Under the pieces are notes generated by a model, which was not told the origin of the DNA, did no database searches, and worked only from the letters and a program-made list of their open reading frames with translations. From the sequence record OM728297.1: a DNA stretch of 64,000 nt; one strand, written 5' to 3'. The first letter of the stretch is position 1, and each line of letters opens with the position of its first letter. This document shows positions 36,363 to 46,900 of the stretch, piece by piece. Both the position numbers and the translations under genes were made by a program.

Positions 36363-36635
36363 TTAACTAATGAACGGCTCCCATTCATTATTCTTGTCAT
36401 TTAGAATTTTACTTTCTGTTGTTCCACTATCATACATTGACCAATCGTGAAACCTTTCAGCTGATTCATGAGAATCTTTATCACATAATGCTTCATAATA
36501 TAAAGTTTTATCATCATCATATACACGTACTCTTTCTACGTTTTTACCTTTATAATCATCTGTGACTTTTTCCAAAACATCTGATTCTCTATTTCTTTTT
36601 TCTGATAGAAAGTCTCTTACTACTTTAAATCCCAT
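36363..36635 (-). CDS. Hypothetical early protein
   Basis: RBS GGAG; 90 aa. Confidence 0.6.
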   Translation of the reverse strand: MGFKVVRDFLSEKRNRESDVLEKVTDDYKGKNVERVRVYDDDKTLYYEALCDKDSHESAERFHDWSMYDSGTTESKILNDKNNEWEPFIS

Positions 36636-36661
36636 TTTAAATCATCTCCATAATAATATTA

Positions 36662-37216
36662 TTACTTTACTTTCTCCTTAGCAAGTGTTTTAAGTTTCAA
36701 TAGACATTTTTCTTTCCTTCTTTGCTCTTTTAACATTTCATCAATAATTCGTTTTTCACGTTCAAGATAAATTTCATAATATTCATTAATTAAATCAAAA
36801 CTAAAATTAACTTGTGGATAATATTGATTTATTTCTCTCTCAAAGATTACAGCTGGAACAGTAGTATTTCTAAATCCTTCAAGAGCTTTCCCAATCGCCT
36901 TTAGACTATCACAATCACCATCTACTCTTTCAAAATTAACATAATCCATTTCTTGTCCAAACTCTTCTGCTAGATTACTAGTAAAACCAATAAGTATTTC
37001 AATATCTCTTTTTAATTCCCTAATATCAATATAACACGAATCATCTTTTTCTTGATTCCCCAATCGATAATTACTACCCTCATGTTTTAATGCCCTATTG
37101 GTATCATCAATAACAATAGGTCTTAACTTACCAAATATGTTTGCATCATTTAACTCCTTTACTAAGTTCTCCAATGCTACTAATGTCATATCTTTTCCCA
37201 AATGAAAAACCTCCAT
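36662..37216 (-). CDS. Hypothetical early protein
   Basis: 184 aa, early promoter upstream. Confidence 0.65.
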   Translation of the reverse strand: MEVFHLGKDMTLVALENLVKELNDANIFGKLRPIVIDDTNRALKHEGSNYRLGNQEKDDSCYIDIRELKRDIEILIGFTSNLAEEFGQEMDYVNFERVDGDCDSLKAIGKALEGFRNTTVPAVIFEREINQYYPQVNFSFDLINEYYEIYLEREKRIIDEMLKEQRRKEKCLLKLKTLAKEKVK

Positions 37217-37240
37217 ATTAATAAAACTTTTATCATTAAT

Positions 37241-37253
37241 ATAATATATATTT
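37241..37253 (-). promoter_or_regulatory. Early promoter motif
   Basis: AAATATATATTAT. Confidence 0.75.
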
Positions 37254-37272
37254 AAAATTTACATTTACTATG

Positions 37273-37284
37273 AACAATAGAATA
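37273..37284 (+). promoter_or_regulatory. Late promoter AACA-N6-TA
   Basis: AACA ATAGAA TA upstream of the vRNAP subunit gene. Confidence 0.7.
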
Positions 37285-37315
37285 GAGACATATAGAGATA
37301 TGGAGGTTGAAATAA

Positions 37316-38521
37316 TTGGAAAAAGTACAAAAACCAATATCTATTTCAGAAAAGGATAAAGACTTTTTATTTTCTCTTTCTGAGGAAGATATTACATTAG
37401 AAATGCTAGAAAAACTTTTCGCTAATAAAAAGAATACAAAAGCTATGTTCAAGCCAAATGATATATTTGTATTACCAAAGGGTAGATTATATAATGATAA
37501 AAGTATGACAACAACTGTTGGAAGATATATTTTTAATTTATTTATGTTATCCCCTAAGATTATTCAATTAGTAGGATATCAAAATATTTCATTTGATGAT
37601 GGTAATATTGGTGGATTGGAAAATACTCTCTCTGAATATTTGATTGAGGATAAAATTACAGTGCAAGAATTTGCAGATTATATTGACAAATTACAATGGC
37701 TTGGATTTATTACTGCAAAATTCTTAAATGCGTCACTAACTTATGATCTATTAGAGATACCTAAAGAAACGGATGCTCTGAAAAAGAAATTAATTCAAGA
37801 GCATAAAAAAGCATTGGAATCTGGTGATTTAATTGCTATTAATAAAATTGAAAAACAGTTAGTAGCTGATGCAAAAGGAAGAGTATCTGATATTCCTGAC
37901 TATCAAATTTATGCTAGTGGTGCTCGTGGAAGTTTTGGTAACAACTATAAGAATACTACATTACTTCGTGGAGCTATTAAAAATTTAGCAAATCCTGATC
38001 AAGTTCATATTTCAGATGCGTCATTAATGGAAGGAATACCACCAGAAGAAATTCAATACTATTCAGATATTATCACCCAAGCATCATACAGTCGTGCTGT
38101 TGGTACTAGGGAAGGTGGATATGAATCCAAGAAGCTTAGTGCTGCTTTCCAAAACATTGTTTTAGATGATGAAGGTTCTGATTGTCATACTAAAAAGACT
38201 GTAACAGTTGAACTTAATAAGGGTAATGCAAATATGTTTATGTATAGATATATTGTAGAAAATAATAAACTAGTATTATTAACTTCGGATAATATCAATA
38301 ATTATATAGGAAAAATAGTAAATGTTAGAAGTCCTCTATACTGCTTAAGTAAACAATACTGTAGTAAATGTGCTGGCGAACTCTATTATCGTCTAGGTAT
38401 TAGGAACGTTGGAATTATTTCCAACCGTATTGGGACTTCTTTATTAAACGCATCTTTAAAAGCATTTCACGATATGACATTAAAGGTTGTAAATCTTGAT
38501 ATAGATAAATATATTGAATAA
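37316..38521 (+). CDS. g264: Virion RNA polymerase beta-prime fragment (bridge helix/trigger loop; AR9 gp264-like)
   Basis: SGARGS, GGYESKKL...QNIVLDDEGSDC, RSPLYC...CSKCAG Zn site, IGTSLLNASLKAFH; TTG start behind GGAGG; late promoter. Confidence 0.85.
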   Translation: MEKVQKPISISEKDKDFLFSLSEEDITLEMLEKLFANKKNTKAMFKPNDIFVLPKGRLYNDKSMTTTVGRYIFNLFMLSPKIIQLVGYQNISFDDGNIGGLENTLSEYLIEDKITVQEFADYIDKLQWLGFITAKFLNASLTYDLLEIPKETDALKKKLIQEHKKALESGDLIAINKIEKQLVADAKGRVSDIPDYQIYASGARGSFGNNYKNTTLLRGAIKNLANPDQVHISDASLMEGIPPEEIQYYSDIITQASYSRAVGTREGGYESKKLSAAFQNIVLDDEGSDCHTKKTVTVELNKGNANMFMYRYIVENNKLVLLTSDNINNYIGKIVNVRSPLYCLSKQYCSKCAGELYYRLGIRNVGIISNRIGTSLLNASLKAFHDMTLKVVNLDIDKYIE

Positions 38522-38527
38522 AATAAA

Positions 38528-38566
38528 AAAAAATAAAGACTGACAAAGAATCAGTCTTTATTTTTT
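38528..38566. terminator. Bidirectional terminator
   Basis: AAAAAATAAAGACTGA/TCAGTCTTTATTTTTT between convergent genes. Confidence 0.75.
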
Positions 38567-38819
38567 AGTCATACATTCCCTCATTAACAATCTCTAACAT
38601 TTCATATTTTGTAAGTGGTCTTCCTAACCCATTAATATTAGGTATTTTGTAATTCTTTTCCCAACCCTTAAATCTCGCTCTTATTCTAGCAATGAATTGT
38701 ATTTTCTTTTTAGTCTTTTCTGAACTATCTTTAATCATCAATTCAGCAATCATAAAATCCATATCAATAATAGATTTTGCACGCAACAATTTTAATATGT
38801 CTAATGTCTTAGTTGTCAT
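38565..38819 (-). CDS. Hypothetical protein
   Basis: RBS AGGAG. Confidence 0.6.
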   Translation of the reverse strand: MTTKTLDILKLLRAKSIIDMDFMIAELMIKDSSEKTKKKIQFIARIRARFKGWEKNYKIPNINGLGRPLTKYEMLEIVNEGMYD

Positions 38820-38831
38820 AACTTCTCCTAA

Positions 38832-39167
38832 TTAATTTAAGAATTTTATTTCTCTAATATAATTTTCCTCATCATAAGATACATTAATTTTGTCGCCCTT
38901 CTTGAGTGATTTAAAAACCTCTTCACTTCCTGCATATAATTCTCTATTATCTCCTGAATCAGATAAAATAATCTTAAATGTATCTCTTGAATTTTTTCCT
39001 TTTCTTTCTATTTTTACCTTATCAATTATTGTTGAATTATCTATAGTTGAATATTCTTTATATGTGTTAGTTGATGGTTTTTTATTATCTATCGTAGTAT
39101 TGGTGTTTACTTGATTGCATCCTACTAATAAGACTGATAATAATCCCACAATAACTAATTTTTTCAA
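38832..39167 (-). CDS. Lipoprotein
   Basis: MKK + hydrophobic core + LVGC lipobox; TTG start. Confidence 0.7.
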   Translation of the reverse strand: MKKLVIVGLLSVLLVGCNQVNTNTTIDNKKPSTNTYKEYSTIDNSTIIDKVKIERKGKNSRDTFKIILSDSGDNRELYAGSEEVFKSLKKGDKINVSYDEENYIREIKFLN

Positions 39168-39197
39168 AAGAATTACCTCACAATCATTAAGTATCTC

Positions 39198-39380
39198 TTA
39201 TTTATTTTCTGACTTACTTAATTCATACATCTCATCAAGTAAGTTCATAGAATAATCAAACATTTCACTATATATACTATAGCTTATTTCCCCTGTTGAG
39301 TTTAAACCATTTAGAAAATCAGCCATTTCAGCTTTTAGTTTTTCTTTTTTTGTTGCATTAGGTGATATCCCCCACGCCAT
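39198..39380 (-). CDS. Hypothetical protein
   Basis: RBS GAGGTG; 60 aa. Confidence 0.6.
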   Translation of the reverse strand: MAWGISPNATKKEKLKAEMADFLNGLNSTGEISYSIYSEMFDYSMNLLDEMYELSKSENK

Positions 39381-39392
39381 TTATTTCACCTC

Positions 39393-39716
39393 TTAAATTT
39401 TATTTGGATTCCATCTTAAATAATTATCTTCTATAACTTCGGCTCTACTTTTTTCGTAGCTTCTTATTAATTCTGTCACTGCATGAATCAAATGATTATT
39501 GTCTGTTAAACGATAATCTCCTATTTCATAGTATTTATTTGTCTCTGTACTTACTAAAACCTTATATTTTCTAAATATCTTACCTTCTACTTTTTTGTAT
39601 AAAGTGATCCTCCATTTAAATTGATCTCCTGACGTCTTCCTAACTACATTAATATAATAAGTACCTTTATCTGTTTTAATTTCCTTTAAATCCTTTTTAT
39701 TAATCAATTTTACCAT
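39393..39716 (-). CDS. Hypothetical protein, paralog of 39700
   Basis: KWRITLY...TETNKY...DNYLRW. Confidence 0.6.
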   Translation of the reverse strand: MVKLINKKDLKEIKTDKGTYYINVVRKTSGDQFKWRITLYKKVEGKIFRKYKVLVSTETNKYYEIGDYRLTDNNHLIHAVTELIRSYEKSRAEVIEDNYLRWNPNKI

Positions 39717-40041
39717 CCCACTTATTGTAATTTTCTTTTATCTTTTTAACCTTAGTACTATTTTTTTCCTTTTTGAATTCTATAGATTCAATATGTTCAA
39801 TTTCATCTTTTATAAATTCAATAAGCATGTTGTCTGACTCTAAACTTGGTGTGAACCAATCTGTTTCAACTTCTCTAATATGCTTAAGATTGTATCCAAA
39901 CCACCATCTTCTTTTATCTGCAATATATAAATTGACTAACCATTTATGCTGAAGTTCATTAAATGGAGGAGAATATCTTGATGTTTTTGTTACTATAACA
40001 CCATATTTTCTTAGTTTTGATTCAACTATTTTAATATCCAT
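39700..40041 (-). CDS. Hypothetical protein
   Basis: RBS AAGGGG; KWLVNLY...VETDWF...ENYNKW. Confidence 0.6.
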   Translation of the reverse strand: MDIKIVESKLRKYGVIVTKTSRYSPPFNELQHKWLVNLYIADKRRWWFGYNLKHIREVETDWFTPSLESDNMLIEFIKDEIEHIESIEFKKEKNSTKVKKIKENYNKWDGKID

Positions 40042-40106
40042 TTTTAATCCCCTTTAATAAATATAAAGGATAATAATATTATCCTTTATATTTATTTTTC
40101 TTCTAT

Positions 40107-41387
40107 TTAATTATTTAGAATAAAGATTCCCAAAATTTGATCTTTCTGTAGATCAAAATCTCCATTAAACCGCCCGTTATTTCTGTCTACTAAGAAATTC
40201 TGTGGTGATAATAATGAGAAATGTTCTTTCATCTTATTATCAAATACTGGAATGATATTCAATACGTCACCATCATAGTCACCTGATAGTGCAGACAATA
40301 AGTTATTACTAATTCCCAGTGTTAAGTCTTTATAATCTTTTTTAATAAGACCAATCTTTAGGTATAAAATACTACCAATACTAATAGTAGGGTTACGGTT
40401 AAGTAAAAATGTACAACCACCTTTAGTTTTTGTAATTAGTTCTTCCATATAGTTATATAACTCTTGATTAAATCCTAGTATGCCTTTTTCCCAAAATTTT
40501 AGTGCTTCATTATAATTTATACCTTTTACTTTACTGATAAGATTGATAAGCTGAAACTTATAAAGTTCTGCGAACGTTTTATAAGGCATAGCAACTTCAT
40601 CAATAGGATGACCAATTAATGGTGTAATAACATTTCTGGCACTAAAATTGATTCTAGAACCCATAATATTCTTTCTTAGAAATCCTTTTTTACCTCGAAG
40701 GTATTCACTAATAATTCTTGTTAGGATATTATTGGCATAGAATTGCATATTATAAAGTAATGGTAATAATAGTAAATCAATGCTGTCATCAGATACTACA
40801 CCCTCATTAATCTGGTTTATGTACTCAATAACAAAGTTGTAGTAATTATTAATCTCATCAAATGCCAATACTTTTCCTTTACTCCCAGTTAATAATGTAG
40901 CTGGTCTAAGCTTGTGTGAAAATACTGGTAGTTTATTAATAAAAATCTTATCATGATTTTCAATTAAGAAATCATATTCTTTTTGATATTTCTTTTTATC
41001 AGTGTATTTTTCAAGGAGATCATCAAAATTATCCTTAAACTTTACTAACCCGATATAATCATCTTCCCCAATTTCTTCTGTTAGATCAATATTCTCACCG
41101 TTTTGATCAATAGACTGTTGGTAGTTAATAATTTTATTAATACTTGGAATACATTTTTTGATGATAGTAAATAAGATTGGATTGATAATATAATAAGGTT
41201 CAATATTAATCCATCCAATAGTATCTATATCCTTATCATCATCGTCTTCATTATAACTACCAAATATCCTTTCTGAGTAAATACCATCATCAGAGAATTC
41301 ATGATTTTCAATTGGATTAGCTCTTGTAATTAAATTCTCCTCATTGTAAATCTCATTAAAATCGATTAAGGATAGTTTCTTCCCCAT
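40107..41387 (-). CDS. g270: Non-virion RNA polymerase beta-prime N-terminal catalytic subunit (AR9 gp270-like)
   Basis: GIYSERIFG, GKKGFLRKNIMGSRINFSARNVI, LLNRNPTI, catalytic GDYDGD; 426 aa; early promoter. Confidence 0.92.
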   Translation of the reverse strand: MGKKLSLIDFNEIYNEENLITRANPIENHEFSDDGIYSERIFGSYNEDDDDKDIDTIGWINIEPYYIINPILFTIIKKCIPSINKIINYQQSIDQNGENIDLTEEIGEDDYIGLVKFKDNFDDLLEKYTDKKKYQKEYDFLIENHDKIFINKLPVFSHKLRPATLLTGSKGKVLAFDEINNYYNFVIEYINQINEGVVSDDSIDLLLLPLLYNMQFYANNILTRIISEYLRGKKGFLRKNIMGSRINFSARNVITPLIGHPIDEVAMPYKTFAELYKFQLINLISKVKGINYNEALKFWEKGILGFNQELYNYMEELITKTKGGCTFLLNRNPTISIGSILYLKIGLIKKDYKDLTLGISNNLLSALSGDYDGDVLNIIPVFDNKMKEHFSLLSPQNFLVDRNNGRFNGDFDLQKDQILGIFILNN

Positions 41388-41554
41388 ATTCTGTTTTCCC
41401 CCTATTTTATCTTTCTAATACACTTGAAAATTTTCTTTTTTGTAAATCTAAAATACACTATCTCTATTATAACTGTTTTCTATTCTCTGCGCAAGTAAAA
41501 TTTTTTAAATTTTGCCAACAATCTTCTCCCCTTTCTAAAACTATAATCATAAAA

Positions 41555-41567
41555 ATAATATATATTT
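41555..41567 (-). promoter_or_regulatory. Early promoter motif
   Basis: AAATATATATTAT, about 170 nt upstream of the gp270-like start. Confidence 0.75.
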
Positions 41568-41581
41568 AATTTTTATAATAG

Positions 41582-41616
41582 AATAAGCAAAGACTTTCTT
41601 ATAGTCTTTGCTTATT
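41582..41616 (-). terminator. Terminator ending the fibre operon
   Basis: AATAAGCAAAGACT/AGTCTTTGCTTATT overlapping the stop codon. Confidence 0.7.
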
Positions 41617-42826
41617 TAAATAATTGCTTCGCTGTAGAATCATTTATAATCCCATCAGCTTTCATTCCCTTAGATGATTGAAATTTAATAACTGCTTGCA
41701 TAGTAGTCTCATCAAACCATCCGGTAGGTTCTAATATATAGCCTAAGTCATTTAAACGTTGCTGTACTAAACGAACATCATCACCAAATAACATAGGAGT
41801 AGTATACATAAGTGTCCTTTTTATAAAAGTAAAACTTGTGTCAGTAATTTGACTCCATGTAATTGGTCCAACTTTTCCATCTACAGTTAATGAATGTGAT
41901 TCCTGAAAATTTTTAACTGCTGATTCAGTACTACTATCATAAAAACCATTAGAGTTACATTCATAACCTAAAAGCTGTAATCTATTCTGTAATCGCTTAA
42001 TATCATTTCCATATAACTGATTATTGTTATCAAAGTATAATATTCTAGAAAAGGTCATTCTATTTTCAAAAAATTTTAATGATAATTTCTTTATAAGACT
42101 AAAAGTCTCGTCATTAACTATTCCATCTGGAATTAAGTTATAGCTTTTTTGGAAATTAAGTACTGCTAACATGGTAGTATTGTCAAAATATCCATTAGTA
42201 TCACAGTTGAATCCAAATAGATTTAACATTGTTTGTAATTCTGTTACATCATTACCAGTGACAGGTTTTTTTGAATCAAAGTATAGTGTTCTGTTACCAA
42301 ATGCATATCTCAATAACCCATTAGGTGCTTTTCTTACAGGCTCAATTGACACATTAAGTACATTGGCTATAATCTCATTCAATGGAAAGAATATTCCTGG
42401 ATTGCTTTTATCAGTAATAATCTCATCTAAAGCGTATATAGTTTTTAGAGTAGAATTATTATTTCTTAAGTATTGTATGAGTAAAACAATTGAATTCTTT
42501 TGTATAGTTGGCATTAATTCGGATGTATAATCACCTTCTACGCAAATTCCAATACTATTTCTATTGAAGTCCATTCCTGTTTGATCATCATGAGCAAATT
42601 CGCCAATTGTATCTAAAGATCTTCCTCTAAAAATAACACCTTCTTTTGAGATAAAAAAATGACCTCTAAACATAGTCTTTCCATTCTTATATTTATCTTC
42701 TCTATCTAAATCATAAATGGAACAACCCGATCTTTCAGAACTAAAAAGAATGAGGAACAGTGGTCTGTTCCCCTTTCTTGGCTCTCCATTAGGAGTTAGA
42801 TATGTCTCTATGATATTTAATGACAT
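41612..42826 (-). CDS. Amidase_2/PGRP-fold protein lacking catalytic residues + 3 peptidoglycan-binding domains
   Basis: GHFFISKEG.I.RGR, NRNSIGICVEG; three G.DV..LQ..L..LG....G.FD..T..AV..FQ....L..DG.V repeats. Confidence 0.8.
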   Translation of the reverse strand: MSLNIIETYLTPNGEPRKGNRPLFLILFSSERSGCSIYDLDREDKYKNGKTMFRGHFFISKEGVIFRGRSLDTIGEFAHDDQTGMDFNRNSIGICVEGDYTSELMPTIQKNSIVLLIQYLRNNNSTLKTIYALDEIITDKSNPGIFFPLNEIIANVLNVSIEPVRKAPNGLLRYAFGNRTLYFDSKKPVTGNDVTELQTMLNLFGFNCDTNGYFDNTTMLAVLNFQKSYNLIPDGIVNDETFSLIKKLSLKFFENRMTFSRILYFDNNNQLYGNDIKRLQNRLQLLGYECNSNGFYDSSTESAVKNFQESHSLTVDGKVGPITWSQITDTSFTFIKRTLMYTTPMLFGDDVRLVQQRLNDLGYILEPTGWFDETTMQAVIKFQSSKGMKADGIINDSTAKQLFK

Positions 42827-42832
42827 ATTATC

Positions 42833-43375
42833 CTAACCTTCCTTTTTGTAGGTATTATAAAGAGATGTTATAATATTAAATTCATTATCAACATAAGCTA
42901 AATCACCTATATCATCTATTGCTTTTTTAGCATCAACTTCATAATCATCCATCCAACCAACTTGAAGGTCATTGGCTTTTTCTAAATTAAGAATTATTTT
43001 CTTAATTCTTTCAATTTTCTTTGCAGTACCTTTATCTAGTTGGTCAAGATATTTTATTTTTAAAAGTATCTTTTTACCAAACTCATAGGTTTTATTTTGA
43101 GCCTCAACTGCATCCTCAAAATCCCCTTTTAAGAATGTTTCAATATCTTCTAATAAGTTAAGAATAACATCTGTTTGTTCATCAACGTCATGTTTTAATT
43201 CATTAATATCTTCAAGTTTGTCTTCTATTTCTTTAGTTTTACTAACAATTATACCATTCTTATTGGCAGATATATGACCATCAAATCGATTCATTATCAA
43301 CTGTCCGGGCTGAGAGTCTTTTGCAAATTCTTCAGAAAGAGGTTGATATGCGAATCTTCCATTATAAGCCATCAA
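42833..43375 (-). CDS. GH-SKTKE module + coiled-coil protein
   Basis: GQLIMNRFDGHISANKNGIIVSKTKEIE then heptads. Confidence 0.7.
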   Translation of the reverse strand: MMAYNGRFAYQPLSEEFAKDSQPGQLIMNRFDGHISANKNGIIVSKTKEIEDKLEDINELKHDVDEQTDVILNLLEDIETFLKGDFEDAVEAQNKTYEFGKKILLKIKYLDQLDKGTAKKIERIKKIILNLEKANDLQVGWMDDYEVDAKKAIDDIGDLAYVDNEFNIITSLYNTYKKEG

Positions 43376-43908
43376 TATCCACCTCCAATTTGATCTAAAC
43401 CAGATTTGTTACTTATTTTTTGATTAGTTATATCATTAGCCAAGAATTTCATTTCATCTATAGTTGCTTTTAGTTTAAGAATATCTTTCAGATTATCAAC
43501 TATAGGATCAAGAAAAGGACGAATTTCTTTATATTGAAAATCCTTCAATTCTTTACAAAAATTATCTATTAATGTCATTAAACTCTCAACATCTGCATCC
43601 AACTCTGTTAAACTGACATATAATTCTTCTGCCCTATCTCTAACTTTTTTAGTATCATCTTTTAATACATCTATAGAGTTTAGTAATCTTTCAATTTCTT
43701 CAGCTAATTCAATAAACTTTTTAACAAGCTTATTTTTATAACTGAGGAGGGCATTTGCCCTAGCCTCAAGTTCTTTTGTTTTACTTTTATACTTACCATT
43801 ATGCTTAATTGTTACATGCCCAGTCTTCTTATCAAGAATGATTTCTCCTTCTTTAGCATTAAACATATTTTTCTCAAGCAATGGTCTTATTACAATTCTC
43901 CAATCCAT
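43372..43908 (-). CDS. GH-SKTKE module + coiled-coil protein
   Basis: GEIILDKKTGHVTIKHNGKYKSKTKELE then heptads. Confidence 0.7.
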   Translation of the reverse strand: MDWRIVIRPLLEKNMFNAKEGEIILDKKTGHVTIKHNGKYKSKTKELEARANALLSYKNKLVKKFIELAEEIERLLNSIDVLKDDTKKVRDRAEELYVSLTELDADVESLMTLIDNFCKELKDFQYKEIRPFLDPIVDNLKDILKLKATIDEMKFLANDITNQKISNKSGLDQIGGGY

Positions 43909-43922
43909 TGATTATCACCCAA

Positions 43923-46900
43923 TCAAGTGTTATTTTTATACCAAATTGTCTCACCAATAAGGCTTGAGTTGTTCTGAAGACCATCCATTATTTGAAGAGC
44001 TAATTCTGTCTTTCCAGTGGTAGTATTTCTAAGTTCTTCAATTCTAACTCGTATACCACTAGTAACAGTACCAATTTCTTCTAATGAATTTTTAAATTGG
44101 TCGATAACGCTTAAATCAGTAAAGTCTAAATAAGATAAGATGGATTTAATTGTATTTACATCATTTTCAATTTCATAATTTCTTTTTTGTAGATCAGTTA
44201 CTTTTTCCCTTAATACATCTTTCATAATTTTAAGGTCATTGATTCTCTGTTCATTATTTTGCAGAGAGATATCAATTGCAACTGCTCTTTTTTCTGACAA
44301 TGCTAGTAATTCCTCTAATTCCTTAGTTTTACTAATTAGATATCCATCATCATAAATTGAAATATGTCCTGTATCACGATCAACTACCATCTCACCATCA
44401 ATTGCCTTTACTTTGTTTTGTTCAGTTAATGGTTCTAAGCTGATTCTTAGCGGTCCAATTGGTTCTGGTATCTTATCAATAATTGTAAATACTACATATG
44501 AAGTGGCTCTTAGACCATTAATCTTCTTAATTGCTGTTACTGATAATTGATAACTATTAGGATCATTTAACAGAGTACCTAATTTAAATGATCTACCGTT
44601 AAGTTTAGCTTCAAATTCATTATCTTCTTTATAAGATGGATTATCCTCATAAGAATCAATATCTGGTCTTGCTGATTCTTGAATAACTTCAGGTAATACA
44701 CCGACAATTTTTGGAGGTTCAGGAGGAACTGAATCTAATGTAAATTTAACTATAGTTGTAGCAGTTAAACCATTAAGACGTTTTTTAGCAGTAACAACTA
44801 AAGTATAATCTCTTATCTCAGCTACTTCATTATATATTGGGCTCCCAATTTCATATGGTTCTCCATTTAAGGTTGCAGTAAATTCGACACCATAAACATA
44901 CTGGACAGTTGGTGAAACTGTTAAATATGTTGATACACCTTCTTTAAAGCCCATAACAACAGGTGGTTCTGGTGGTAATTTATCAATATTTGTTATTGCT
45001 TTAGTGTCTTCAACAAAATAACCATTAGGATCTTTGTATCTAGCATGAATAATACAGTTATCAGTTACATCAAACGGCTCACTATATGATTGCCATTCTT
45101 CAGCACTATCAATTTTATATTCAAATTCTGAGCCATAATTTGGATACCTAATTGTAATAGTATCCTTAATACTCGGTATATACTCTGGGTCTGCCAATAT
45201 TAATGGTTTTTGTTCTTCATTAGGATTAAATACGATAAAATTAACATCAGACATTGAAACCATAAAATTAGATTTCTTTCTCCGAACAACAAGTAAATTA
45301 TAATCTCCTGAATCTATAATAGGTGTTCCCATAACATATGGAAGACCATTTAAATATGCATCCTCATTTTCATTACCATCAACATCGAGATCATTTGTTA
45401 ACGAAAATGTAAGAGATATTTCAATTTTATTTTCAGGATAGTTTGGATCGGTAGCTGTTACAACTAATCTATATGCGCCCTTGTCTCTAATTGTATCTTC
45501 ACGTTTAAAAGAACTTAGAAGGGTTCCATTTAAATATAATTTATGCTCATACTTTAACCCTGCAAAAATATCCCAAGTAGGTTGAACTGCCACATCTTTT
45601 CCTCTAAAGACTTGTCCTTCTTCAATAATAGAACCTGTTAATTTATTCTTGATAATAAGCTCTTTTCCAGTTATATCAATAGATCCCGGCATTAATTTAA
45701 AGTTTCTAACTACCATTTTATAATTTGTCGGAAAGTTATGATCTGAAATTTTAACTTCTACTACATAATCTCCGTATTCAGTTAGAATATCTTCGTCATC
45801 TGTTGGATCATATGACCGTCTAGTACCATTATAAGTAATCCATGACTCATAATCTAGATTAGATGGAAGTTGCCCTGTATACCAAAATGGTTTAACTTGA
45901 ATCCCTTTATAGACATCGTTATTTTGAATAGGTATATCTGTAATAGCGTTAACAATTACAAGAGCAATTTCATTCATATCAACTTTTTTATCAACAATTG
46001 AGAAGTGTCTCACTACAGTTGTAGTGTTGGTAGGATTATCTATCTCTGTGATAATCAATTCTAACTCATAGTCACCCTTATTTGATAACACTGTGAGATC
46101 TTTCATAAAATCAAAATCTTCTCCATCATATCGCAATGTATAATCTACATCACAATCTTCTGGCTCATCCCAAGTTGGTAATACTAATTCATCTTCGAAG
46201 ATTCGTCCTTCATTGATTTCAGTCTCATCAAAATCATTATAAATTTCAATATCAAGATTAGTGTTAATTGGAGCTATAATAAAATTACGAATAAAAGTCT
46301 TATTCTCTCCAGCACCATTTTCTAAGACAACAGTAATAGAATAATTACCATAATCTGTATAAACATCATTATTTGGTGTAAAAGGAACTGTAGATTCATC
46401 TCGCTCTAATGTATAACTTATTATAGTACAATCCGCTGGAATTGGTTGCCAATATGGTTTAACTTCTTGATCTTTAAATATTTTTCCTTCAGAAATGATA
46501 GTGTTTGGTGCTTCAGGAAGATTTACATCAATAAATTCCATTTCATAAGTATCAAGATCAGTTATCTTTTCTATAATCTCGAAATTTACGCTAATTTCCT
46601 TTTTATTATCTGGATAATTCTTATCAGTCAGATTAAATTTAATTGTATATTGACCGATATTAGTTAATGTATCACCCTTTTTATATGAAATTAAACTATT
46701 ATTGTACGTAACAGTTATTCCATATGTTATATTAGAATCTTCTTTCCAAGTTGGTTGAACTTTAGCCTCAAATTGAGATCCTTCACTAATAGGTTTAGTA
46801 GTAATTGCATCTCTGAGATCTAAGACAAGATCATTCCAGTCTTCAGGAGCGGCAGTAACTTCAAAGTTTATAATACCTGTAGCTTGGTTGTCTGGATAAT

